From Candidatus Cloacimonadota bacterium (GTDB lineage Bacteria > Cloacimonadota > Cloacimonadia > Cloacimonadales > WRIO01): 32,124 nt of DNA. Below the pieces are notes generated by a model. The model saw only the letters and a program-made list of their open reading frames with translations. It was not told where the DNA came from and did no database searches. Position numbers and translations under genes: made by a program. Position 1 is the stretch's first letter. Each line of letters begins with the position of its first letter. This document shows, one piece after another, positions 1 through 9,142 of the stretch. The stretch lies in the NCBI GenBank assembly GCA_029564175.1, contig JAKQQL010000453.1:1-32124 (forward strand), in the 5' to 3' direction.

Positions 1-1920
1 AGGATTATATGCCAATACACGGGCAAATGAAATTAACTGTCTTTGACCTACTGAAAAGGTTGAACCTCGTTCCATGACTGGTTCATTAAAGCGTTCAGGA
101 AGCTGATTCACAAAGTGCATGACATTGACATATTTACATAATCTTTCCAGATCTTCATCGCTTAAATCAGGGTTGTTCAACGCAATATTATCCCTGATCG
201 TTCCAGAGAAAAGAAACACATCCTGTTGAACCATTCCGATATGCGATCTCAAATCCTGTAATCTGTATTCTTCCAGGGCTTTGTTATCTATCAATATCTG
301 CCCTTTTTGATAAGGATACATCCCCAATATTAGATTTACGATAGAGGTCTTACCTGATCCGGTATGACCGACCAACGCTATTTTTTCTCCTGCTTTTACT
401 TTAAAAGATACATTTTTTAATACAAAATCCGCTTCAGTCAATTCACTTTCTGTTTTTTGCAAGACTTCATCACTATTTTGATCCTGATTGTTTATTGTCA
501 GATAAGAGAGGGATACGTTTTTAAATTCAATATCACCCTGAACATCATCCACCGGCACAGAGTCTTCACGGTAATCGGCTTCCTCCTGATCCATCAGATC
601 AAAAATACGTTCAGCACCAGCCATTGCACCCTGTAAAATATTGAATTTCTCTGAAAATTCACTGATGGGTTCATAGAGTTTTTCGATATAGGTCATAAAA
701 GCCATAAAAACACCGATTGTGACCACATTTTCTATAATCTGACCGCCGGCATACCAGAGCATAATCGCGACAGCTACCTGTCGGCTGACACTGATTAAAG
801 GTCTGAAAATAGCAAACAAACGTAATTGTTTCATGGATTCTTTATAATAAAACTGATTCACATTTTCAAATTCTTTTTGTTTGACTGCAGACTGATTAAA
901 GAGCTGAATAATTTTCATTCCTGATATATGCTCAGCCAGCATGGCATTGACCGCAGCAAGCCTCTTTCTGACTTCACGGTAGGTAACACGAGTCTTATTC
1001 TTATACGTTTTAATGACCCAAAAAACCAGGGGTAAAATCGTAAAACTCACCAAAGCTAGCCGCCAGTTAAGGAACAACATCAGAATCATAATTGCCACAA
1101 TCATGGCAGCATCCTGAATAATCGTTAAAACACCACTGCTTAGCATTTCATCCAGGGAACGTACATCATTGGTTACCCTCGTTACCAGACGCCCAACTGG
1201 GTTTTTATCAAAGAAGGAAACCGGTAATTTCTCCATATGGGCAAACAGATCAGATCTCAAATCATTAGTAGCCTTTTGTGAGAAAATGGTCGTTATCACT
1301 AACTGCAAATACTGTACCACAGTCTTTAATATCACAAAAAATAAAAATGCCAAACCGTACAAAGCAACTTTATTCATCGAGTCTTTACGAACGATCGTTT
1401 TATCATTAACACTCAATTGAGAGAGAACAGAAGCCGGAACAGCCAGTTCTTTATCCTTTACTCTGGTAATTTTGTCCATATAAGGAGTTAAGATTTTTTC
1501 AATCTGATTATTGCTTTGAATAAAAGTATATTTATCCTGAGTCAGATTTGCATTTTGTTCGTATTGTTTCAAATCCTGTTTGGGGATAAAACGACTATTT
1601 TTAGAGGTTAGTACCAGATAGTACATATCGGACACATGGTATATTTTGTATTTATCAATTTCATTCACTGCTTCAAAATGAGCATATTCTTCCTGATTGA
1701 GTTTTAAGAGTCTTTTATCTGAAACAATATGGTTATCCACTGCATTTTTGGTTAGCAATGGCATTACGAGTTCCAGACTTGCAGTCATTATCAACAGGCA
1801 AAATGCAAGAGCGACCCATTTTAGATAGGGTTTTAAGTATTTTAGTAATCTGGCATAAAGTCTTTTATCGTAAATTTTACCAAGAATTTCATCAGATTGC
1901 ATTTCAAAATGTTGGCTCAT
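1..1920 (-). CDS. ABC exporter, fused permease/ATPase (MdlB/TM288-like subunit); 3' end runs off the window
   Basis: Not in the ORF track; translated by hand. ATG at 1920 overlaps the upstream TGA (ATGA). Open frame MSQHFEMQSDEILGKIYDKRLYARLLKYLKPY..., FFDKNPVGRLVTRVTNDV, Walker A GHTGSGKT, Q-loop VQQDVFLFSGTIRDNI, degenerate signature FSVGQRQ; no stop before position 1. Confidence 0.93.
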   Translation of the reverse strand, partial: MSQHFEMQSDEILGKIYDKRLYARLLKYLKPYLKWVALAFCLLIMTASLELVMPLLTKNAVDNHIVSDKRLLKLNQEEYAHFEAVNEIDKYKIYHVSDMYYLVLTSKNSRFIPKQDLKQYEQNANLTQDKYTFIQSNNQIEKILTPYMDKITRVKDKELAVPASVLSQLSVNDKTIVRKDSMNKVALYGLAFLFFVILKTVVQYLQLVITTIFSQKATNDLRSDLFAHMEKLPVSFFDKNPVGRLVTRVTNDVRSLDEMLSSGVLTIIQDAAMIVAIMILMLFLNWRLALVSFTILPLVFWVIKTYKNKTRVTYREVRKRLAAVNAMLAEHISGMKIIQLFNQSAVKQKEFENVNQFYYKESMKQLRLFAIFRPLISVSRQVAVAIMLWYAGGQIIENVVTIGVFMAFMTYIEKLYEPISEFSEKFNILQGAMAGAERIFDLMDQEEADYREDSVPVDDVQGDIEFKNVSLSYLTINNQDQNSDEVLQKTESELTEADFVLKNVSFKVKAGEKIALVGHTGSGKTSIVNLILGMYPYQKGQILIDNKALEEYRLQDLRSHIGMVQQDVFLFSGTIRDNIALNNPDLSDEDLERLCKYVNVMHFVNQLPERFNEPVMERGSTFSVGQRQLISFARVLAYNP

Positions 1921-3668
1921 GCTTTATCCTCTAATCTTTCTTCAATTTTCTGTTTTTCATACAGATCATTATATGCCCCTTTTAATGCCAGTAATTCATC
2001 ATGAGACCCTGATTCCACAATCTTCAGATTATTTAGTACAATGATCTTGTCGGCCTGATGCAGTGCAGAAATACGATGAGCAATGATAATCGTGGTTTTG
2101 CCAGATCTGACATTGATTAGGTGATCCAGAATTTTATTTTCTGTTTTCGTATCAACTGCAGAGAGCGCATCATCCAGAATCAATATATCAGGATTCATCA
2201 CCAGAGAGCGGGCAATCGCTACACGTTGTTTCTGACCGCCGGAAAGCGTAACCCCTCTCTCACCGACCATTGTGTCAAAGCCATGCTCAAACTCCAGAAT
2301 TTCTTCATATATAGCAGCATATCTGGCAGCATTGTAAATCTCTTCTTTGCTAGCGCCAGGCTTTCCTAAAGCGATGTTATTGGCTATGGTATCAGAAAAG
2401 AGGAAAATATCCTGAGGTACCATCACCAATGATTTTCTTAATACTTCCAGAGGAATCTGATACAATTCATGCCCATCAATATAGATACTGCCTTTGGGTG
2501 CATTATATACGCGAACCAGCAGATCAACAATCGTACTTTTGCCACTTCCGGTACGTCCGCAAATCGCAAGTGTTTTACCCTGTTCAATATTAAAATTGAC
2601 ACCATTCAGAATCTTTGGATTGTCTTTATTATATTGATATACAAGGTTTTTAACTTCAATATCACCTTTTAATTGAGAGATTCTGAAATCAACCGTTTCT
2701 TCATCCACGATCTCTGGTTTTGTTTCCCAAATCTCATTCAGACGGATCAAAGAAGCGGAGCCACGCTGATACATATCAACAATAAAACCAATGGCAATCA
2801 TAGGCCAAACCAGCATCCCCAGATAGGAAAAGAAGGCGATAAACTCGCCAATGGTTATATCTCCGCGAATCGCTGCCTGACCACCAAAAATGAGTACAAT
2901 AATCATACTAAAACTGATGATTAAACCCAGCAAGGGATGAAAGAATCCAGATAATTTAGCCATTTTGATATTTTCAACCACATATTTTTTGGAAAAATCT
3001 TCCATCTTCTTCAATTCAGGTTTCTCCTGAGCAAATGCTTTGATAACTCTAACGCCAGAGATACTTTCCTGAATCATTCCACTCAGCTTAGCAAAGGTAT
3101 CTTGAACATGATGAAAGCGCTTATGGAGTTTTGGTCCAATCATGGTTATACAAACTGTAATCAAAGGCATTGGGATAACCGCCAGTAAGGTTAGTTTGAG
3201 ATTGATACTAGCCATAAAGAAGAAGGACGCTGTTGCCATTAAAAAAATATCTGCTCCGGCAATAAATCCAATTCCGAACAGCATTCTGACCGCATTCAAA
3301 TCATTGGTTGCCAAAGCCATTAAATCACCTATCTTGGATTTGTTAAAAAAGTTTCGGGATAAAAGCATTAAATGATTATAATACTTCTGTCTGAGTTCTC
3401 GTTCGATTACCCAGGAATTACCGACTATCAGCATACGCCATAAAAAACGCATCGCTACAATCCCGGCAGCTAAAATAAGAATAGTCGCTGATGACCAAAA
3501 AATATCAGATTGTGTAAAACCTTCAGTACCTAACTGATCAATTGTCTTCTGAATTATCTTCGGAACCACCAGTTGAATAGCATCCACTATGATTAAAACA
3601 AATATCCCTAAAGCAATCTTTTTCCAGCTTTTTTTCAAATAGGGAATTACCGCATCAAAAGTTCGCAT
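1917..3668 (-). CDS. ABC exporter, fused permease/ATPase (MdlA/TM287-like subunit)
   Basis: Six-TM N-terminal domain, Walker [17 protein letters not shown], Walker B ILILDD (Asp instead of catalytic Glu), H-loop IIAHR; AGGAG RBS upstream. Confidence 0.95.
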   Translation of the reverse strand: MRTFDAVIPYLKKSWKKIALGIFVLIIVDAIQLVVPKIIQKTIDQLGTEGFTQSDIFWSSATILILAAGIVAMRFLWRMLIVGNSWVIERELRQKYYNHLMLLSRNFFNKSKIGDLMALATNDLNAVRMLFGIGFIAGADIFLMATASFFFMASINLKLTLLAVIPMPLITVCITMIGPKLHKRFHHVQDTFAKLSGMIQESISGVRVIKAFAQEKPELKKMEDFSKKYVVENIKMAKLSGFFHPLLGLIISFSMIIVLIFGGQAAIRGDITIGEFIAFFSYLGMLVWPMIAIGFIVDMYQRGSASLIRLNEIWETKPEIVDEETVDFRISQLKGDIEVKNLVYQYNKDNPKILNGVNFNIEQGKTLAICGRTGSGKSTIVDLLVRVYNAPKGSIYIDGHELYQIPLEVLRKSLVMVPQDIFLFSDTIANNIALGKPGASKEEIYNAARYAAIYEEILEFEHGFDTMVGERGVTLSGGQKQRVAIARSLVMNPDILILDDALSAVDTKTENKILDHLINVRSGKTTIIIAHRISALHQADKIIVLNNLKIVESGSHDELLALKGAYNDLYEKQKIEERLEDKA

Positions 3669-3820
3669 GATTCTCCTTTTTTTAAAATATACATTTTATT
3701 CTTTAAAATGCAAAACTTATGCCACATTATCTATATTTTAAATATTTCTAATGTCTCATTTTTGTCAAATGCTTTATATTGATTATCTTGCTTTTTTTTA
3801 TCTATACAAAAAGCACCTTC

Positions 3821-3898
3821 TGTAGAACGACCATCATGGTCGTTTATCATAACCGTACTATACGCATATTTTGTAAAACGAACATTCTGGTCGTTTAT
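3821..3898. repeat. Two 27-bp palindromic direct repeats (REP-like or operator-like)
   Basis: TGTAGAACGACCATCATGGTCGTTTAT (3821-3847) and TGTAAAACGAACATTCTGGTCGTTTAT (3872-3898), 23/27 identical; the first has a perfect AACGACCA-tca-TGGTCGTT palindrome. Confidence 0.75.
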
Positions 3899-3992
3899 AT
3901 TACTCTTACTACAGGAATCTTACTTATAGCCTGTTATTCTGTAGCAGGATGCCCAGAATATAAAATGAGACTAAATCATAGTAACCATAAGC

Positions 3993-4028
3993 AAACAGAA
4001 AAGAGGACAATCTGAAGACTGCCCTCTC
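3993..4028 (-). terminator. Intrinsic terminator of alaS
   Basis: Minus strand GAGGGCAGTC-TTCA-GATTGTCCTC followed by TTTTCTGTTT, just after the alaS stop. Confidence 0.85.
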
Positions 4029-4045
4029 AATATTTATAGTCAATA

Positions 4046-6646
4046 TTATACTTTTTCGATAATCTTAGGGACACTGGACAATACTTCATCCAGTTTCTCT
4101 TTCATTTTTCCACCAGCCATTGCCATATCAGGACGACCACCACCTTTTCCTCCGACAATGAGAGCCAGTTCTGATACGATCTTTCCAGCATGGTATTTCT
4201 GAGTCAGGTCTTTACTGACATTCACAATCATTGCTGCCTTATCTTCAAGATCTGCAAGCAGAATACTGATGCCTGAGCCCATTTTATCTTTTATCTGGTC
4301 ACCCATAATCTTCAGATCTTCCTGATTTTGAACACTGACTTTTGAAACAATAACTTTAATACCATTAATGGTCAAAGCATTATTTAACAAATCAGCGATT
4401 AAGTTACCGGCTGATTTTCTTTTTAAGGCATCAATTTCCTGAACCAGTACTTTTTGTTCTGCCATCATTTTTTCAATCTTTTCAAAAATCATTTTTTCCG
4501 GCACATTGAGTAATTGTGCAATTTCGAGAAGTGAGTTTTTGAGCTGTTTCACATACAATTCAGCCTGATGACCGGTAACTGCTTCGATACGTCTGATACC
4601 AGATGCAGAAGATGATTCTGACAGTATCTTAAAATAGCCTGCCTGTCCTGTATTTTGCAGATGGGTACCACCGCATAATTCTTTTGAGAAGCCAGGTACA
4701 CTGACCACTCGTACCTGATCACCATACTTTTCACCAAATAAAGCAGTTGCACCGGCTTCTTTTGCAGAATCTATATCCATCACCTGAACATTTAATGGGG
4801 TTGATTTTCTGATTTCTGTATTTACTATTTCTTCAACTTTATCTATCTCTTCATCACTCATCCCCTGAATATGCGTAAAGTCAAAGCGCAAATGATTAGC
4901 AGCTACCAATGAACCTTTTTGCTGAACATGATCACCTAAAACCTGTCTCAATGCCGCATGTAATAAGTGAGTAGCCGTATGATTACGGGCAATGTTTAAG
5001 CGATATTCCGCTTCAATCATTGCAGTAACAGGCTTATCATTGATTTCACCTTTTATCAGTTCCCCGATATGAATAAAACTATCATTATCTTTTTGAACAT
5101 CAATAATTTTAATCTCAGTTTCTTCGTTAAACAACCTGCCTTTATCTGCCATCTGACCACCTGATTCAGCATAAAACGGCGTCTTATCCAATACAATACG
5201 AATCTTTCCATCACTGTTAAGCGCATATTTGACAATTTGACTCTCACAATGATTTTCATGATAACCAATAAATTGTGTTTCGGTATCGGGTCTGAAATTT
5301 ATCCATTGGATATCTTCCAGTTTTAATTTAAAATTTGATGCAGAACGGGCTCTGTCTTTTTGTTTATCCATTTCAACATGAAAACCATCCATATCAATCT
5401 TCAGATTTCTCTCTTCAGCCAATATCTGTGTCAAATCAGGTGGAAAACCAAAGGTATCATACAGCATGAAAACATCAACACCTGAGATTGTATCATTTTC
5501 CATATTGGCAACGATCTCGTCAAATTTATTCAGACCATTATCAAGAGTCATGTTAAATCGTTCTTCTTCTGACTTGATTATCATTTTGATAAAAGATAAT
5601 CTGTCATTTAACTCAGAGAAATGTTGTCCAAAATGTAAAGCAATCGCATCTGCCAATCGATAGAGGAAAGGCTGGTGCATATTGATCATTCGACCATATC
5701 GAGAAGCACGTCTTAAAATTCTTCTTAAGACATACCCTCTGCCTTCATTGGAAGGCATTCCACCATCTGCAATCGCAAAACATAAACAGCGGATATGATC
5801 AGCAATCACGCGATGTGCCATACCGCTTTCTTCACTGTAAGGGATACCGGAAATTTCTTCTATTGCTTTTAATATTGGAGTAAAAAGATCTGTGTCATAA
5901 TTAGAAGTCTTCCCCTGTAGAATTTGACAAAGTCTTTCCAATCCTGCGCCTGTATCGACAAATTTATTTTTTAAAGGAAGTAAAGAGCCATCTTCCTGTC
6001 TGTTATACTGCATAAAAACCAGATTCCAGAGTTCAATATAACGATGACAATCTCCATTCACTTTACAATCATGATTTGGATCATGAGCCAGATTACAGTA
6101 TTGAGCACCTCGGTCAAAATGGATTTCAGAGCAAGGTCCACAAGGTCCTGTTTCACCCATTTCCCAGAAATTATCCTTATCACCATGATATGTAATATGT
6201 TCAGGTATTATATCTGTTTTGTTTTTCCAGAGATCAAATGCTTCTTGATCAGTCTTGTATACAGTTGCATGCAATCTTTCTTTAGGCAGTTTCCACACTT
6301 CTGTAATCAGTTCCCAAGCCCATTTAATGGCATCTTCTTTGTAATAATCTCCAAAAGACCAGTTCCCCAGCATTTCAAAAAAGGTATGATGATAGCCGTC
6401 TTTACCCACTTCTTCTAGATCATTATGCTTACCACCGGCACGAATACACTTCTGACTGTTAACGGCACGGTTGTAAGGAGCATCCTGTAATCCCAGGAAG
6501 TATTTTTTAAACTGATTCATCCCCGCATTGGTAAAAAGAAGGGTGGGGTCGTCATTGGGTACGACGGTCGCAGAAGGCACAAATGTATGTGCTTTATCTA
6601 TGAAAAAATCTATAAATTGTTGCCTGATCATGTTTCCTGTCAGCAT
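4046..6646 (-). CDS. alaS: Alanine--tRNA ligase
   Basis: DPTLLFTNAGMNQFK, HHTFFEMLGNWSFGDY, GPCGPCSEI, editing motifs NHTATHLLH and ELCGGTH, C-terminal GGKGGGRPDMA; GGAGG RBS. Confidence 0.99.
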   Translation of the reverse strand: MLTGNMIRQQFIDFFIDKAHTFVPSATVVPNDDPTLLFTNAGMNQFKKYFLGLQDAPYNRAVNSQKCIRAGGKHNDLEEVGKDGYHHTFFEMLGNWSFGDYYKEDAIKWAWELITEVWKLPKERLHATVYKTDQEAFDLWKNKTDIIPEHITYHGDKDNFWEMGETGPCGPCSEIHFDRGAQYCNLAHDPNHDCKVNGDCHRYIELWNLVFMQYNRQEDGSLLPLKNKFVDTGAGLERLCQILQGKTSNYDTDLFTPILKAIEEISGIPYSEESGMAHRVIADHIRCLCFAIADGGMPSNEGRGYVLRRILRRASRYGRMINMHQPFLYRLADAIALHFGQHFSELNDRLSFIKMIIKSEEERFNMTLDNGLNKFDEIVANMENDTISGVDVFMLYDTFGFPPDLTQILAEERNLKIDMDGFHVEMDKQKDRARSASNFKLKLEDIQWINFRPDTETQFIGYHENHCESQIVKYALNSDGKIRIVLDKTPFYAESGGQMADKGRLFNEETEIKIIDVQKDNDSFIHIGELIKGEINDKPVTAMIEAEYRLNIARNHTATHLLHAALRQVLGDHVQQKGSLVAANHLRFDFTHIQGMSDEEIDKVEEIVNTEIRKSTPLNVQVMDIDSAKEAGATALFGEKYGDQVRVVSVPGFSKELCGGTHLQNTGQAGYFKILSESSSASGIRRIEAVTGHQAELYVKQLKNSLLEIAQLLNVPEKMIFEKIEKMMAEQKVLVQEIDALKRKSAGNLIADLLNNALTINGIKVIVSKVSVQNQEDLKIMGDQIKDKMGSGISILLADLEDKAAMIVNVSKDLTQKYHAGKIVSELALIVGGKGGGRPDMAMAGGKMKEKLDEVLSSVPKIIEKV

Positions 6647-6707
6647 ATATCCTCCATTTGATTATATTACTATTTGATTATTAACCCAGGTTAGCAGCTT
6701 AATTAAC

Positions 6708-6752
6708 CTAATTATAAAGAGTAGTCTGCTTTCCTCTCTTCTCTTTTGTCAC
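6708..6752 (-). CDS. Possible 14-aa upstream ORF in the alaS leader (MTKEKRGKQTTLYN)
   Basis: AGGAG at 6765-6761, 8 nt before GTG at 6752; TAG at 6710-6708; lies downstream of TTGACG at 6800-6795. Confidence 0.3.
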   Translation of the reverse strand: MTKEKRGKQTTLYN

Positions 6753-6802
6753 GTCTATAACTCCTGATAATAAAGAATTTTGCCTGCCATTTTTCGTCAA
6801 GT

Positions 6803-6830
6803 AAAAAAGAGACGCTTTTAGGCGTCTCTT
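6803..6830 (-). terminator. Intrinsic terminator of the foldase gene
   Basis: Minus strand AAGAGACGCC-TAAA-AGCGTCTCTT followed by TTTT. Confidence 0.85.
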
Positions 6831-6858
6831 ATGATAATAGATTTGTTTTTTTAATTTC

Positions 6859-8931
6859 TTATTCACCAAGAATCATGGCCGGATCTTTTTCTCCGTTAAG
6901 TGTTTCAATCATAAATTTAGCTGATTCATTGAGTTCACCCTGAGGCCATTTCACCAGCATTTCCTGATAAAGCTGCAGTGCTTTGTTATTATCTTTCAAG
7001 TCTTCAGCATAGACAAAAGCCTTCATAAACCAGGCTTTATAATCATCTCTGCCATTTGCATAATCTTTAATGATTTGATCGTAGTAATGAACTGCTTCAC
7101 GGTAATTATTCTGTTTTTGAGCAGTTTCAGCCATATCAAACAATTCACTGACAGATACCTGTGTTTTTAAGTTATCATAATTTTCTTTAACAGCAAATTT
7201 TTCACGATATTCTTTTACCTTCGCTTCAAAAATATCAGTTGCTTTTTTTCTTCTGGAATTGTTTTCGATAGTAAGACGTAATTCTTCAAGTGTTTTTTCT
7301 TTTTCAGGCACATCTTTAACTAAATAAAAGAAGACAAATTCACCACGCATATTTTTGAAAACAGTGCTGGTTTCTTTTTCCTTGATTTCCATTGCTTTTT
7401 TATTGTATTCCTGGTCAGTTCCATAAGTAGGCATAATACCGTTATTGTAAACAGGACTGAGTAAACCGTCTTTATCAGTAGAAACAGACACTTTTTTCAA
7501 AAGGGCAATAATCTTTTCTTCTTGTCCTTTTTTCACCATTTTTTCTACTTTTTTACGATACTTATTGGCTTCTTTTTCAGTTTTAAAACTAAACTGTCTG
7601 ATTTCACGATATGGTTTTTCAGCAAAGAAATTTTTATTATCTTCGTAGTATTTTTTAATTTCATCTTCGCTGACAGTGGCTTTATCCATTATTTCTGCCT
7701 GATAGAGACTTCTTAAAATGACAGTACGTTTTGTTTGAATGACTTCAGCATCATCAGCAATCTGTTTATCAAAACCTTTAAGAATAGCATGATGATAAAG
7801 TAAGCTTGCTTCTACATCTTTATTAACCGCTGATTTTCGGATTTTTGGATCCTGTACATTTATTTTTTCCATTTGATAGCGATTTCTCAGCAAATCAAAT
7901 GTACGTTTTGAATCATAAACAAGTGAAGGTTCAGATGAATTAACAACGATACGGCTAAATTGATCTGGATGAAGTGAGAGAAAATCTGTTTTATCGACAT
8001 ATTCTTCGTCAATTGTGATTTGATATTGTTTTTTCAGTTCTTCAATTAAGGCAGTATAAGCTTTCTGTTCTTCTTTAAATTTCAATTGGCTGGCAATATC
8101 ATTTTTTACTTCATCAAAAGCTTTATAAGATTCTGCTTTGTGTTCCAGTTTCTGGAAAAAATGAAATCCGCTTTCTGTGTGTGCAGATACAATCTGGTTT
8201 TCATCAACTGGTTTTGCAAAGATCAGGTCATCAAGTTCTTTATCTTTACCAATACCGGTAATATATTGATTATGTCTGATATTTGTGATAATTCCTTTTT
8301 TATCTTTTGAGTATTTATTAGTGGAATAAACTGAAATCAGGTCATCGAAGCTTTTGCCTTCATTAATAAGCGTTTGAACAGAATCAGCAGCACCCTGTGT
8401 ATTGACCTGTAAATGTTTAATTTTCAGTGAAGGAGGAACCATAAATTGATTTTTATTTTCTTCATAGAATTTTGCATAATCATTATCTGTCAGTTTTACA
8501 TTGGCAGCCAGTTCTTTTTGATAATATTTTTCATTGATAATTGGTTTTAAAGATTTGTTAATATTGTCAATTGTTTCAGGTTTTTTGTCATATCCCTGAG
8601 CAATTGCTTCAAGATAAAATAACTCTTCCTGAACCATAGCATCTAATACCTGTTTCTGACCGTCAATTGTTTTATAACGACTTTGATACATTGGAGGGAT
8701 CTTTGCAATACGATCATTCAGATCCTTTTTAGTGATCTTTGAATTAGAAAACTGCACTAATATTGTATCCTGAGCAGTTTTTTCAACCACCTTAATCTCT
8801 TCAGTCTTCTTTTCGACTGGTTTTTTGGTGGTTTTGCTTTTTTTCGAAGTTTTTGCTTCTGCATTAACAAGCATAAACATGAAGCTAAGCATTAACAGAA
8901 GAGTGATTACATGTTTGACTCTTTTTGTCAT
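6859..8931 (-). CDS. Exported SurA/PrsA-like foldase: two parvulin (PpiC)-type modules plus C-terminal TPR domain
   Basis: Signal peptide; two repeats of 'xTD/SExxxxxYExNK-F...(HLQV/QFSF)...GxxxxxxxxxxF...Y/L-EV/LK' modules; TPR-like tail AETAQKQNNYREAVHYYDQIIKDY...AWFMKAFVYAEDLKDNNKALQLYQEMLVKWP. Confidence 0.8.
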   Translation of the reverse strand: MTKRVKHVITLLLMLSFMFMLVNAEAKTSKKSKTTKKPVEKKTEEIKVVEKTAQDTILVQFSNSKITKKDLNDRIAKIPPMYQSRYKTIDGQKQVLDAMVQEELFYLEAIAQGYDKKPETIDNINKSLKPIINEKYYQKELAANVKLTDNDYAKFYEENKNQFMVPPSLKIKHLQVNTQGAADSVQTLINEGKSFDDLISVYSTNKYSKDKKGIITNIRHNQYITGIGKDKELDDLIFAKPVDENQIVSAHTESGFHFFQKLEHKAESYKAFDEVKNDIASQLKFKEEQKAYTALIEELKKQYQITIDEEYVDKTDFLSLHPDQFSRIVVNSSEPSLVYDSKRTFDLLRNRYQMEKINVQDPKIRKSAVNKDVEASLLYHHAILKGFDKQIADDAEVIQTKRTVILRSLYQAEIMDKATVSEDEIKKYYEDNKNFFAEKPYREIRQFSFKTEKEANKYRKKVEKMVKKGQEEKIIALLKKVSVSTDKDGLLSPVYNNGIMPTYGTDQEYNKKAMEIKEKETSTVFKNMRGEFVFFYLVKDVPEKEKTLEELRLTIENNSRRKKATDIFEAKVKEYREKFAVKENYDNLKTQVSVSELFDMAETAQKQNNYREAVHYYDQIIKDYANGRDDYKAWFMKAFVYAEDLKDNNKALQLYQEMLVKWPQGELNESAKFMIETLNGEKDPAMILGE

Positions 8932-9083
8932 TTTCTATTCTCCTTAGTTATTTTTTTACCCACTGTATGATACAGATAATTTTTCTGTATATCACAAAAT
9001 ACAGTCTTTTTAGACTGATTTATTTATTATAATTCATTAGTCAAGCATTTATTACAAATTATTTTTATCTCACGAAATTATTT

Positions 9084-9127
9084 TTTTCTTATCCCTTCCT
9101 TATTCCATCCTTATTGCTTCCTTATCC
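9084..9127. repeat. Dispersed 44-bp element of four phased 11-bp units (copy 1)
   Basis: CTTAT at 9088, 9099, 9110 and 9121; 42/44 identical to 31598-31641. Confidence 0.9.
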
Positions 9128-9142
9128 TTTCTTGGAGAAAAC

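Noticed and set aside
3821..3898. CRISPR array
   Set aside because: Only two imperfect 27-bp repeats with one 24-bp spacer; no cas genes or further units.
3779..4015. 78-aa plus-strand ORF
   Set aside because: TTG start without RBS, runs through palindromic repeats and the alaS terminator, no recognisable motif.
6647..6800. T-box riboswitch upstream of alaS
   Set aside because: No GGTGGNACCGCG T-box sequence, leader too short, no terminator with U-tract before the gene.
8963..9004. LexA (SOS) box
   Set aside because: CTGT...ACAG spacings are 5 and 12 bp, not the 8 bp of the gammaproteobacterial box.
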